The notes under the pieces were generated by a model, which ran no database searches, had not been told where the DNA came from, and saw only the letters and a program-made list of their open reading frames with translations. The translations under genes and the position numbers were made by a program. From the NCBI GenBank assembly GCA_051746725.1, contig JBNJFI010000002.1, positions 11,844-75,843 of the forward strand: DNA of 64,000 nucleotides, in the 5' to 3' direction. Positions 50,332 through 59,077 of this stretch are shown here, piece after piece (position 1 is the stretch's first letter; each line of letters starts with the position of its first letter). The DNA is from Fusobacteriota bacterium. GTDB taxonomy: Bacteria > Fusobacteriota > Fusobacteriia > Fusobacteriales > JBNJFI01.

Positions 50332-51687
50332 TTAAACATTTTCGACTAAATTATTGAGCCATTTTTTTGAAATTAATCTTTTTAATCCAAAAATCATTTT
50401 AAAAATTTCTTCTAAATTAGCAAATATATATACATAATATATAGATAAATCAAGAACTAAGCCTGTAATTAAAGCTAATGGTACTCCTATCAACCATATT
50501 CCTCCTAATTCGAGAAAAAGACCATATTTAGTATCTCCACCACTTCTTAATATCCCCACTATATTTGTCATGTTGAACACTTTAAATGGCATATATATGC
50601 TAAAAATAATTAATAATATCCTTGAATAATTATAAACCTGTTCAGAAACATCATAGATTTTAAGTATATATCCTGAACTAAAAATCAACATTGTACTTAT
50701 AAATATCGATAAAAACGGACCTATAATAATACTCTTTTTTGCATAATCAAAAGCTCTTTCTTTATTCCCTTTTCCTATTTCATTTCCAATCATTATTCCC
50801 GCAGCATTCCCTATTCCAATAAATAATACAAATGCAATCCTTTCTATACTGCCTTCGATATTAATTGCTGCTAAAGATGCTGTTCCTATTCTAGCATATA
50901 CAATATTATAGGTTGTTATTCCTAAAGCCCAAAAAAGTTCATGGACCATTATAGGAAAAGATGTTTTGAAAAATCTTTTAAATAATGTGAAATCAAACGT
51001 AAATAATTCTTTTAATCTCCCTGCTAAAGGAAATTTTCTTGCATAGGTAATTGAAATTATTACAAAACATTCAATTGTTCTTGCTATTAATGTAGCCAAA
51101 GCTGCTCCTCTTACTCCCATGGCAGGAAATCCAAATTTTCCGAAAATAAATATATAATTTAAAGTTGCGTTTATTAAAAGAGAAACTAAACTTGTATACA
51201 TGGGTATTTTTGTTCTCTCGATACTTCGTAATGCTATGGAAAATGCAAATGCTATAGAAGTAAAAATATAACTCCATGATACAATTTTCAAATATCCATA
51301 ACCCTGATTTATAACTTCTAGATCTTTTGTATATACTCTAAGTAATATTTTTCCATAATATTGAACTCCCAAAAAAGAAAAAGCGGTTACTATAATGCCT
51401 AGCGAAATCGCTATCCCCAGAGTTTCTTTTATCTTAGAGATATTTCTCTTTCCCCAAAACTGAGCTATAAATACTGAGCTTCCACTATTAATCCCAAATA
51501 GCATTAAAACTATTAGGAAAAATATTTGATTTGCTAAACCTAAAGCTGCAATTGAAACCTCTCCTAGTTGTCCAACCATAAATACATCTATTATATTCAT
51601 TGAAGACATGATAAGATTCTGTAATGCTATTGGTAATCCTATTATCAACAATTTTTTTAAAAATTCCTTGTCTTTTAGTATATTCAT
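50332..51687 (-). CDS. MATE family efflux transporter
   Basis: About 12 TM helices; DVFMVGQLG, GVRGAALATLIAR, GILRSGGDT. Confidence 0.92.
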   Translation of the reverse strand: MNILKDKEFLKKLLIIGLPIALQNLIMSSMNIIDVFMVGQLGEVSIAALGLANQIFFLIVLMLFGINSGSSVFIAQFWGKRNISKIKETLGIAISLGIIVTAFSFLGVQYYGKILLRVYTKDLEVINQGYGYLKIVSWSYIFTSIAFAFSIALRSIERTKIPMYTSLVSLLINATLNYIFIFGKFGFPAMGVRGAALATLIARTIECFVIISITYARKFPLAGRLKELFTFDFTLFKRFFKTSFPIMVHELFWALGITTYNIVYARIGTASLAAINIEGSIERIAFVLFIGIGNAAGIMIGNEIGKGNKERAFDYAKKSIIIGPFLSIFISTMLIFSSGYILKIYDVSEQVYNYSRILLIIFSIYMPFKVFNMTNIVGILRSGGDTKYGLFLELGGIWLIGVPLALITGLVLDLSIYYVYIFANLEEIFKMIFGLKRLISKKWLNNLVENV

Positions 51688-51728
51688 TTCTTGCCTCTTT
51701 TCTCAAGTATGTTTCGAAGGTAGTATTA

Positions 51729-52556
51729 CTAGTCATCATCTTTTTCTATGTTAACTTCAATGAAAACAGGAAGATGATCGCTAACTGTTTTTCTAATTTC
51801 TTTATGGTTATTAACTGTAAAATCATAGACTCCATAATTTCCTGTGAATTCTTTAGTGTGTTTATATGAGTAAAAAATATTATCGTAGCTAGAAGCTAAA
51901 CCGTGGTGTCCTATGGTTGTTTTATTGGTCGGGTCAATAGCATAATATATCTCATCTTCTAAACTAAATAACTGAGAAAAGGCTTCATCATATGCTGGAA
52001 GATTGAAATCTCCCCCAATTAAAACATCTTGTTCGGAACCATTAATCTTTTGAAAATACATATATACATCATCTATCAATCTAGCTTCATTTTGTCTTTC
52101 TGTTTTTTTATCACCAAAAATTGAGTGAACTAAAACATAGGTGAAGTCGAATTCTCCTATTCTGAAATCTGCTCCATAAGGTTCACGAGAAAAATCAGAT
52201 TCATTTTCTTCCTCAAAAAAGCCTAGTTCTCTTATCATCTCTACTCGATCTTTTTTCCAAATATAAGCATAATATTCTTGATAATATTTACTAGATCCCA
52301 CTGATTCTGAAGTAATATAATACCCCCATTTTTCTCCCGTTTGATTTTGTAGTTCATCTCTTAATTTAATTAATCCACTTTCTTTCATTACTTCCTGTAA
52401 CCCTACAAGATCAAAAAGAGAAATAATAGGAGCTAATTTTTTAATATTTTTACCTTTCCATCCTAAGTGTTTAACATTAAAACTACTTATTATTGCAACA
52501 TCACTACCAATTCCTATTTTAAATACTATAAAAAATATAATTATAATTTTTTTCAT
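51729..52556 (-). CDS. Secreted endonuclease/exonuclease/phosphatase (DNase I-like)
   Basis: Signal peptide from the ATG at 52556 (GGTGGAG RBS), SFNV, LQEV, FSREP, GGDFN, YDNIF, SDHLPV. Confidence 0.85.
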   Translation of the reverse strand: MKKIIIIFFIVFKIGIGSDVAIISSFNVKHLGWKGKNIKKLAPIISLFDLVGLQEVMKESGLIKLRDELQNQTGEKWGYYITSESVGSSKYYQEYYAYIWKKDRVEMIRELGFFEEENESDFSREPYGADFRIGEFDFTYVLVHSIFGDKKTERQNEARLIDDVYMYFQKINGSEQDVLIGGDFNLPAYDEAFSQLFSLEDEIYYAIDPTNKTTIGHHGLASSYDNIFYSYKHTKEFTGNYGVYDFTVNNHKEIRKTVSDHLPVFIEVNIEKDDD

Positions 52557-52578
52557 ACTCCACCTTTTTTGAATAGCC

Positions 52579-55008
52579 TTATTTATTTTCCTTTTTTCTT
52601 TTTTGAACAGCCTTTTTTGCAACACGAACAGCATCTACAGCATCAGTAGAATAATAAACACCTTCTTCTTTTGCAAATTCAGGTGTAACTACTGCACCAC
52701 CTACCATTATTTCCACATCTAATTTTTCTTCTTTTATTTTGTGTATTGTTTTTTTCATTTCCACCATTGTAGTTGTCATTAAAGCACTTAACCCAATTAT
52801 ATCTAATTTTTCTTCTTTAATAGTATTAATTATAGTTTTTGTGTTGACATCTTTACCTAAATCTATAACTTCAAATCCATTATTTTCTAGTAGTACAACA
52901 ACTATATTTTTACCTATATCATGTATATCATTTTTAACCGTTGCAAAAGCAACCTTACCTAAAGAATTAGAATCATCATCTTCCATATTTTCTTTAAGCA
53001 TATTAACTCCTTTTTCCATGGTATTTGCTGAAGCGATTAATTGTGGTAAAAAATATATACCTTTATCGTATAAATCCCCAACTTTAGTAATACTTGGAAT
53101 TAATATTTTATTAATTATATCTAACGGTTTCATCTTTTTCATTAAAATATTTAACTCAGGGATTATATCTTCAGAATTCCCTTTTAAGATTATATTTTCT
53201 ACTTTTTCTTCTATAGAAAGATTTTTCTCATTTTCAAGTTTTTTATTATCTTGATTTTCATCTCCTTCTTTACTACTAAACAATATATAATTACTAGATT
53301 TCTTATCTCTATTTGTTAAAACACAACCTGCCATTATAGCTTGTTTCATTCTAGTATCCATGGGATTCATTATTGGTAGATCTAATCCTGCTCCAATACA
53401 CATTGAAATAAATGCAGAATTTATATGACTTCTACTTGGTAACCCAAAGGATATATTGCTAACTCCCAATACAGTATTTAAACCTAAGTTTTCTTTTATT
53501 AATCTTATTGTTTTGACTGTTTCCAGAGCTTTATCTTGTTCAGCTGAAGCAGTTAAAACTAATGCATCTATTAAAATATCCTCTTTTTTGATACCATATC
53601 CCATTCCTTTTTCCATTATCTTTTTTGCAACTTTATATCTATCTTCTGCTTTTCTAGGAATACCGGATTCATCAAGTGTCAGACCTAAGACAGCTGCTCC
53701 GTATTTTTTAGCCAAAGGAAAAACTTTTTTCATGCTTTTTTCTTTCCCCATTACAGAATTAATTAGAGGTTTTCCAGAACATGCTTTCAATCCTTCTTCT
53801 AACGCATTTATATCGGTTGTATCTATAGCAACTGGAACATTTACGACATTTTCCACAGCCATTATTGCTTTCTTCATCATCTTAGCTTCATCAATAGTTC
53901 CTAAACCAACATTTATATCTAAAACAGCTGCTCCATTATCTACTTGACTCAAAGCTTTTTTTCTTATCTCTGTAGTTCTATATTTCTTAATATTTTCTTT
54001 AACTTTTTTCGAAGCGTTGGGATTTATTTTTTCCCCTAATATTTTAACCATTTCACTGGAACCAATTTTTTCATAACCACTTCTAGACGCTAAATAAGTA
54101 ACTCCCGTTTTGTTTTTTCTCTCTCTTTTAGGACTTGACTTGAGCTTTTCACTAATCATTTTCAAATGTTCAGGACTAGTTCCGCAACATCCACCAATCA
54201 CATTTATTCCAAGTTCATAAAATTTTTCCGAGTAGTCACACATAAATTTAGGAGTTGCATCAAAAACTGTTTTATCATCCACTAACTTTGGTAATCCCGC
54301 ATTAGGTTGAACAAATAAAGGTCTATCTGTAACTTCTATCATTTCTTCTAAAAATTCATAAAGCTTTTTTGGACCTAGACTACAGTTTACTCCTATTACA
54401 TCTACATCTAAACTATCTAATATTATAGCAGCGGTTTTAGGATCAGTACCTGTAACTGTTCTTCCATTTTCTTGAAAAGTCATAGAAGCCATTATTGGTA
54501 AATTTGTGTTAGTTTTTATTGCAATTATAGCAGCTTTCATCTCTTTTATATCAGTCATTGTTTCAACTAATATACCATCAGCTCCTGCTTTTTCTAAAAT
54601 AATTGCCTGTTCTCTAAATACATCATATATATCATCGAAAGAATATTCCCCTACAGGTTCAATAAATTTACCCGTTGAACTCATCGATGCAAAAACTTTT
54701 ACATCTGTTCCTGCGGCGGCCTCTTTTGCTATTTTTACACCTTGAGTGTTAATTTCTACTATTTTATCTGAAGATCCAAACTCATCTAATTTATATCTAT
54801 TACCCCCAAAAGTATTTGCTTCGATAATATTAGAACCAGCATCTATATAAGATTTATGGACTTTTTTGATCATATCTGGATTTTTAATATTTAATAATTC
54901 AGGTGCCTCGCCAGCACCTAACCCCATTTTTTGCAATTCAGTACCCATGGCACCATCTAAAATTAAAATTTCTTCCTCTAAAATTTTATTTAACCATTCC
55001 TTAGACAT
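52579..55008 (-). CDS. metH: Cobalamin-dependent methionine synthase lacking the C-terminal reactivation domain
   Basis: LDGAMGT, GVNCS, PNAGLP, GGCCGT, pterin domain (GEKINP, GVSNISFGLP), DIHDIGKN, SALMTTT; ends after the B12-binding domain. Confidence 0.9.
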   Translation of the reverse strand: MSKEWLNKILEEEILILDGAMGTELQKMGLGAGEAPELLNIKNPDMIKKVHKSYIDAGSNIIEANTFGGNRYKLDEFGSSDKIVEINTQGVKIAKEAAAGTDVKVFASMSSTGKFIEPVGEYSFDDIYDVFREQAIILEKAGADGILVETMTDIKEMKAAIIAIKTNTNLPIMASMTFQENGRTVTGTDPKTAAIILDSLDVDVIGVNCSLGPKKLYEFLEEMIEVTDRPLFVQPNAGLPKLVDDKTVFDATPKFMCDYSEKFYELGINVIGGCCGTSPEHLKMISEKLKSSPKRERKNKTGVTYLASRSGYEKIGSSEMVKILGEKINPNASKKVKENIKKYRTTEIRKKALSQVDNGAAVLDINVGLGTIDEAKMMKKAIMAVENVVNVPVAIDTTDINALEEGLKACSGKPLINSVMGKEKSMKKVFPLAKKYGAAVLGLTLDESGIPRKAEDRYKVAKKIMEKGMGYGIKKEDILIDALVLTASAEQDKALETVKTIRLIKENLGLNTVLGVSNISFGLPSRSHINSAFISMCIGAGLDLPIMNPMDTRMKQAIMAGCVLTNRDKKSSNYILFSSKEGDENQDNKKLENEKNLSIEEKVENIILKGNSEDIIPELNILMKKMKPLDIINKILIPSITKVGDLYDKGIYFLPQLIASANTMEKGVNMLKENMEDDDSNSLGKVAFATVKNDIHDIGKNIVVVLLENNGFEVIDLGKDVNTKTIINTIKEEKLDIIGLSALMTTTMVEMKKTIHKIKEEKLDVEIMVGGAVVTPEFAKEEGVYYSTDAVDAVRVAKKAVQKRKKENK

Positions 55009-55027
55009 TTTCTCTCCTTTTAATCAA

Positions 55028-55053
55028 AGAGGTCACTCATTTAAGTGACCTCT
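55028..55053 (-). terminator. Hairpin between efp and metH
   Basis: AGAGGTCACT-6 nt-AGTGACCTCT; weak U tract. Confidence 0.55.
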
Positions 55054-55076
55054 CAATGTATTTTAATTTAATTTAG

Positions 55077-55646
55077 TTAAGCTCGACTCACATACTCACC
55101 AGTTCTAGTATCAATTTCTAAAAGCTCACCTATTTCTATAAATAGAGGTACTTGTATTTCAAATCCCGTTTCCAGAGTAGCAGGTTTTGTAGCTTTCCCT
55201 GTTGTATCTCCTCTTAATCCAGGTTCCGTATATTCAACTTCTAAATTAACTGTTGTAGGTAATTCTACTCCTACAGGTCTTCCCTCATAAGATAAAATTT
55301 GAATCACCATTTCTTCTTTTAAATAATTAACTGCATCTTCTAAGATATCTTTAGTAATTGATAATTGTTCAAAAGTATCTTGATTCATAAAATAATAATT
55401 CCCATCATCTTCATATAAAAATTGCATATCAGCTTTATCTAAAATAATATCTTCCATTAATTCCGTTGCCTCTATTGTTTCTTGAGTTACTTTGCCAGAA
55501 AATAGATCTCTTATTTTAAATTTCATCTCTGCAGCACTAGCTCTTCTTCCTGCTGTACTTTGATGACGTTCTGCTTTAATTATTCTGTAAACAGAGTCTC
55601 CTCTTTTAAAAGTACTTCCACCTCTTAATTCTTGTGCTTGTTTCAT
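55077..55646 (-). CDS. efp: Elongation factor P (atypical loop)
   Basis: FMNQDTFEQ, TEPGLRGDT, KPATLETG, VPLFI, IDTRTGEYVSRA. Confidence 0.95.
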   Translation of the reverse strand: MKQAQELRGGSTFKRGDSVYRIIKAERHQSTAGRRASAAEMKFKIRDLFSGKVTQETIEATELMEDIILDKADMQFLYEDDGNYYFMNQDTFEQLSITKDILEDAVNYLKEEMVIQILSYEGRPVGVELPTTVNLEVEYTEPGLRGDTTGKATKPATLETGFEIQVPLFIEIGELLEIDTRTGEYVSRA

Positions 55647-55794
55647 CTATTATATACCTCCTAAAATATTTTGATAACCTATGTTTATTATACTATACTA
55701 GTGATAAAAAAGCAAATAGTTTTGAGATTTTGAAATGATCAAACTCAATGAATTTAATATCAAAATTATATTTGTAAAATAAAAGGAATTTGCA

Positions 55795-55826
55795 AAAAAG
55801 AGTAGTTAATATTAACTACTCTTTTT
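55795..55826 (-). terminator. Terminator (perfect 32-bp palindrome)
   Basis: AAAAAGAGTAGTTAAT|ATTAACTACTCTTTTT. Confidence 0.75.
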
Positions 55827-55829
55827 ATC

Positions 55830-56099
55830 TCATTTAAATTTATAATGTTTTTTTATATTTTTTTTGATATTCCATACACAGTCCATCCCTTTAGGGAAAA
55901 CAACAAAATCTCCAGGTTCTATATGAACTGGGTCTCCTCCTTTTGGAGTAACTTCAACTTCTCCTTCCAAAATTAAACACTCTTCTACTTGATCATAGTG
56001 CCAATCAAACTTTGAAACTTCCTTATTCCAGATTGGCCAATCTCTTATTCCTTTCTTCTCAACTTCTTTTTCTGTAAGATCTTTAATTTTTATTTCCAT
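55830..56099 (-). CDS. Cupin-domain protein (DUF861/Cupin_3-like)
   Basis: WPIWNKEVSKFDWHY, ECLILEGEV, GDFVVFPKGMDCVW. Confidence 0.85.
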   Translation of the reverse strand: MEIKIKDLTEKEVEKKGIRDWPIWNKEVSKFDWHYDQVEECLILEGEVEVTPKGGDPVHIEPGDFVVFPKGMDCVWNIKKNIKKHYKFK

Positions 56100-56255
56100 T
56101 ATTTCCTCCTTATTTTATATTTTATTCTTTAATATTATAACATATTTTTTGTTCCTCCGTAAAGATTAATTTAAATTCTTGCATTTGATAATCCCTTTAT
56201 TTTAAAGAAATTATGTCTGGATATTATTTTTTTATCATTTTTTTCTAAAAAAAGT

Positions 56256-56284
56256 TTGACAAATATAAAATTATATGATATTAT
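56256..56284 (+). promoter_or_regulatory. Sigma70 promoter of the tRNA operon
   Basis: TTGACA-17 nt-TATTAT with an extended TG. Confidence 0.75.
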
Positions 56285-56337
56285 TAGTCTCGTTGTTGAG
56301 GCAAGTGTTACCAACATATATCAATAACATTTTGTGT

Positions 56338-56413
56338 GCGAAAGTAGCTCAGTTGGTAGAGCGTCAGCCTTCCAAGCTGAATGTCGCGAGTTCGACCCTC
56401 GTCTTTCGCTCCA
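56338..56413 (+). tRNA. tRNA-Gly(TCC)
   Basis: Cloverleaf; anticodon loop CTTCCAA; CCA end. Confidence 0.95.
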
Positions 56414-56416
56414 AAT

Positions 56417-56493
56417 GGATTCATAGCTCAGTTGGTCAGAGCTCTCGGCTCATAACCGAGCGGTCCCAAGTTCGAATCTTGGTGAATCCACCA
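56417..56493 (+). tRNA. tRNA with CAT anticodon, probably tRNA-Ile2 (lysidine) rather than Met
   Basis: G1-C72 pair and no three consecutive G-C pairs in the anticodon stem, so not an initiator. The GGA start and CGG-CTCATAA-CCG arm resemble Bacillus tRNA-Ile2. Confidence 0.85.
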
Positions 56494-56496
56494 TTT

Positions 56497-56571
56497 GCTC
56501 CCATCGTCTAGCGGTTAGGACTCCGGATTTTCATTCCGGCAGCAGGGGTTCGATTCCCCTTGGGAGTACCA
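56497..56571 (+). tRNA. tRNA-Glu(TTC)
   Basis: CCGGA-TTTTCAT-TCCGG arm; CCA end. Confidence 0.93.
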
Positions 56572-56577
56572 ATTTAT

Positions 56578-56664
56578 GGAGAGATGTCCGAACGGCTAAG
56601 GGGCCGGTCTTGAAAATCGGTGAAACCGCAAGGTGTCTGGGTTCGAATCCCAGTCTCTCCGCCA
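56578..56664 (+). tRNA. tRNA-Ser(TGA)
   Basis: Long variable arm, loop CTTGAAA, G73-CCA. Confidence 0.93.
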
Positions 56665-56675
56665 TATTATAACGT

Positions 56676-56751
56676 GGCCAGATAGCTCAGTCGGTAGAGC
56701 AGGTGACTGAAAATCCCCGTGTCGGCGGTTCAAGTCCGCCTCCGGCCACCA
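56676..56751 (+). tRNA. tRNA-Phe(GAA)
   Basis: Loop CTGAAAA and CCA end; two stem mismatches (see findings). Confidence 0.9.
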
Positions 56752-56791
56752 TTATAATATAAATAAATTGATAAGATCCAAACAATAGTTT

Positions 56792-56868
56792 GGGGGTGTA
56801 GCTCAGCTGGTTAGAGCGCCTGCCTGTCACGCAGGAGGTCGCGAGTTCGAATCTCGTCACTCCCGCCA
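56792..56868 (+). tRNA. tRNA-Asp(GTC), identical to the copy at 23937-24013
   Basis: Same 77-nt sequence in the opposite orientation. Confidence 0.95.
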
Positions 56869-56881
56869 TTAATAAAATATT

Positions 56882-56967
56882 GGTTAGGTTCCCGAGTGGT
56901 CAAAGGGAGCAGACTGTAAATCTGCCGGCAGTTGCCTTCGAAGGTTCAAATCCTTCCCTAACCACCA
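56882..56967 (+). tRNA. tRNA-Tyr(GTA)
   Basis: GCAGA-CTGTAAA-TCTGC, long variable arm, CCA end. Confidence 0.95.
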
Positions 56968-57002
56968 TTTTTATTTAAAATTAAATTTAATAACATAAAA
57001 AC

Positions 57003-57032
57003 AGAGAGTATCCTTTATGGATGCTCTTTTTT
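57003..57032 (+). terminator. Terminator of the tRNA operon
   Basis: AGAGAGTATCC-TTTAT-GGATGCTCTTTTTT. Confidence 0.75.
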
Positions 57033-57048
57033 GTAAAGGAGATGAATT

Positions 57049-57399
57049 ATGCTTATCAAAAAAGAATCAGTTAATTCTAACGCAGTTAGTAAACCAAGGG
57101 ATGGCAAAGGTTTCGTTGATGCATTTGCATATCTAAAATCAGAAGACCTAAGTAACGGTTTACAGGGGTTTAATGTGATGGAACTTAGACCTAATAGTGA
57201 AATAGGTTATCATCAGCATGTTGATGATGAAGAGATCTATTTTATCCTTTCTGGAAGTGGTATAGTTAATGATAATGGAGAAAGTAAAAATGTTACTTCT
57301 GGAGATCTAATATACACTGCACAAGGTGAATTTCATGGATTAAAAAATAAAAGTAATGAAGTTTTAAAATTTATTGCTTTTATAATTAACAAATCATAA
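57049..57399 (+). CDS. Cupin_2-domain protein
   Basis: IGYHQHVDDEEIYFILSGSG...GD...HGLKN. Confidence 0.88.
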   Translation: MLIKKESVNSNAVSKPRDGKGFVDAFAYLKSEDLSNGLQGFNVMELRPNSEIGYHQHVDDEEIYFILSGSGIVNDNGESKNVTSGDLIYTAQGEFHGLKNKSNEVLKFIAFIINKS

Positions 57400-57432
57400 A
57401 AAAAGACTTCCTTTAAAGGAAGTCTTTTTTTA
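57397..57432. terminator. Bidirectional terminator (perfect 36-bp palindrome)
   Basis: TAAAAAAAGACTTCCTTT|AAAGGAAGTCTTTTTTTA between convergent genes. Confidence 0.8.
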
Positions 57433-57519
57433 CTCTATATTTTCTTTTTTTTCTTTTTTTATAAATAAGATTTATAAAATTTAAACTTCCGATTTTTTAA
57501 TTTTTCATTAACGTAAATT

Positions 57520-58863
57520 TTATTTTATTAACTTTCGATAGGCTACTAATAAAGGATTCCAAACAGTGGAATTGGTTGGAGAATACGCATAATCTACATC
57601 AAAAATATCTTCTAAACTTATCTTATTAGCGATAATAATGGCAACTTGATCGATAAATTGCGCTATTGCTTCATCCCCTGCCATAGCTGCTCCTAAAATA
57701 CTATTATTATCTTTATCATATATCAATTCCATTTTACCTCCACCGGAATCTTCAAACGAAGATATCTTCGTAAACCCTCTTAAAGTTATAGAGTCAGCAT
57801 TCCAGCCATTATCTTTAGCTTCATCTAATGATAGTCCTGTTTTTGCAATTCGTATATCAAAAAAGGAAGTTGCAAAAGTTCCTCCTACTCCATTATATTT
57901 TCTCTTTTTTCCAGATATATTCTCCGCAACTATAATTCCCTGTTTATCAGCAACATCTCCAAATGGAGCATATACTATTTTATCAGTTATATAATTTTTA
58001 GTATAAATCATATCTCCTATAGCATATACATCTTTATATTTTGTCTCCAAATAATCATTGACTGTAAACTTATCTCCTTCAAATGGATAATCAGAGTTTT
58101 CTAGAAGATCTAAATTTGGTTTTACACCTACACTCATAAGAATAATCTCTGTCTCTAATTCTTCACCAGTATTTAAAACGACTGATTTAATTTTTCCATT
58201 CTCTTTTTTGATTTCAGAAACATATTTTCCTAGAATTATATCAATTTCTTTTTCTTTAGCTTTTTTGGAAATGCCTCTTTTTAAGTTAAAATCAAAAGTT
58301 GGTAAAATATCTTCTTGAAGCTCTACTACTTTAACTTCTAATCCCCTTTTTTGAAAACTTTCTGCCATTTCCATTCCGATAAATCCAGCTCCAACAACTA
58401 TTCCTTTTTTGATATTATTACCGTCTAAATATTTTTTTATTGCTAAACCATCTGTTGCATGGGATAGGTTAAAAAGTCCATCTATGTCTTTTGAATAACC
58501 TTTTATTTTGGGTATTAGAGGACTATTTCCTGTACTTAAAATTAATTTATCATATGAAAAGTCTTTTGATATCTTATCGCCAACAACTTTTATTTTTTTA
58601 TTATTAAAATCAATTTTTCGTACTTCATGATTAACATAAACATCAATATTTCTTTTTTTCTTGAAATATTCTGGTTTATGATGTAAAACACTCTTTTCTG
58701 GGATCTCTTCAGCTATATAATAAGGCATTGGACATCCTGCCCAAGATGCATGTTCTGTTTTTTCAAATACCACAACTTCTGAATCCGGCATTTTCTTTCT
58801 TATTTGAGTTGCTGCTGTCATTCCACCAGCACCACCACCTACCACAACAATTCGCTCACTCAT
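57520..58863 (-). CDS. FAD-dependent CoA-disulfide reductase/NADH oxidase family protein
   Basis: VGGGAGG, SWAGCPMPYYI (single redox Cys), VGAGFIGMEMAE, VYAIGD, YAYSP. Confidence 0.88.
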   Translation of the reverse strand: MSERIVVVGGGAGGMTAATQIRKKMPDSEVVVFEKTEHASWAGCPMPYYIAEEIPEKSVLHHKPEYFKKKRNIDVYVNHEVRKIDFNNKKIKVVGDKISKDFSYDKLILSTGNSPLIPKIKGYSKDIDGLFNLSHATDGLAIKKYLDGNNIKKGIVVGAGFIGMEMAESFQKRGLEVKVVELQEDILPTFDFNLKRGISKKAKEKEIDIILGKYVSEIKKENGKIKSVVLNTGEELETEIILMSVGVKPNLDLLENSDYPFEGDKFTVNDYLETKYKDVYAIGDMIYTKNYITDKIVYAPFGDVADKQGIIVAENISGKKRKYNGVGGTFATSFFDIRIAKTGLSLDEAKDNGWNADSITLRGFTKISSFEDSGGGKMELIYDKDNNSILGAAMAGDEAIAQFIDQVAIIIANKISLEDIFDVDYAYSPTNSTVWNPLLVAYRKLIK

Positions 58864-59039
58864 AATTATTCCTCCTCGATTTTAGTATTATATTATAAAT
58901 AGATAACCTCATTATAAGTATAGCTTATAATTAATCATATTTCAATTTTATTTCAAAAAAGTTCATTTGAGTGTAAATCGCAAGTTTAAATGCATGTCTA
59001 TTTATTCCTCGGAATTTCACTTAGGCTAAATTTAATTTT

Positions 59040-59077
59040 TTAAACAAAAAAGAGGGGATCCCCTCTTTTTTGTTTAA
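59040..59077 (-). terminator. Terminator after nrdD (perfect 38-bp palindrome)
   Basis: TTAAACAAAAAAGAGGGGA|TCCCCTCTTTTTTGTTTAA. Confidence 0.8.

Noticed and set aside
55009..55076. SAM or cobalamin riboswitch before metH
   Set aside because: The gap is only 68 bp and holds a simple hairpin with no aptamer motifs.
56275..56869. ORFs 56275-56511 (+) and 56687-56869 (-)
   Set aside because: They are translations of tRNA sequence.
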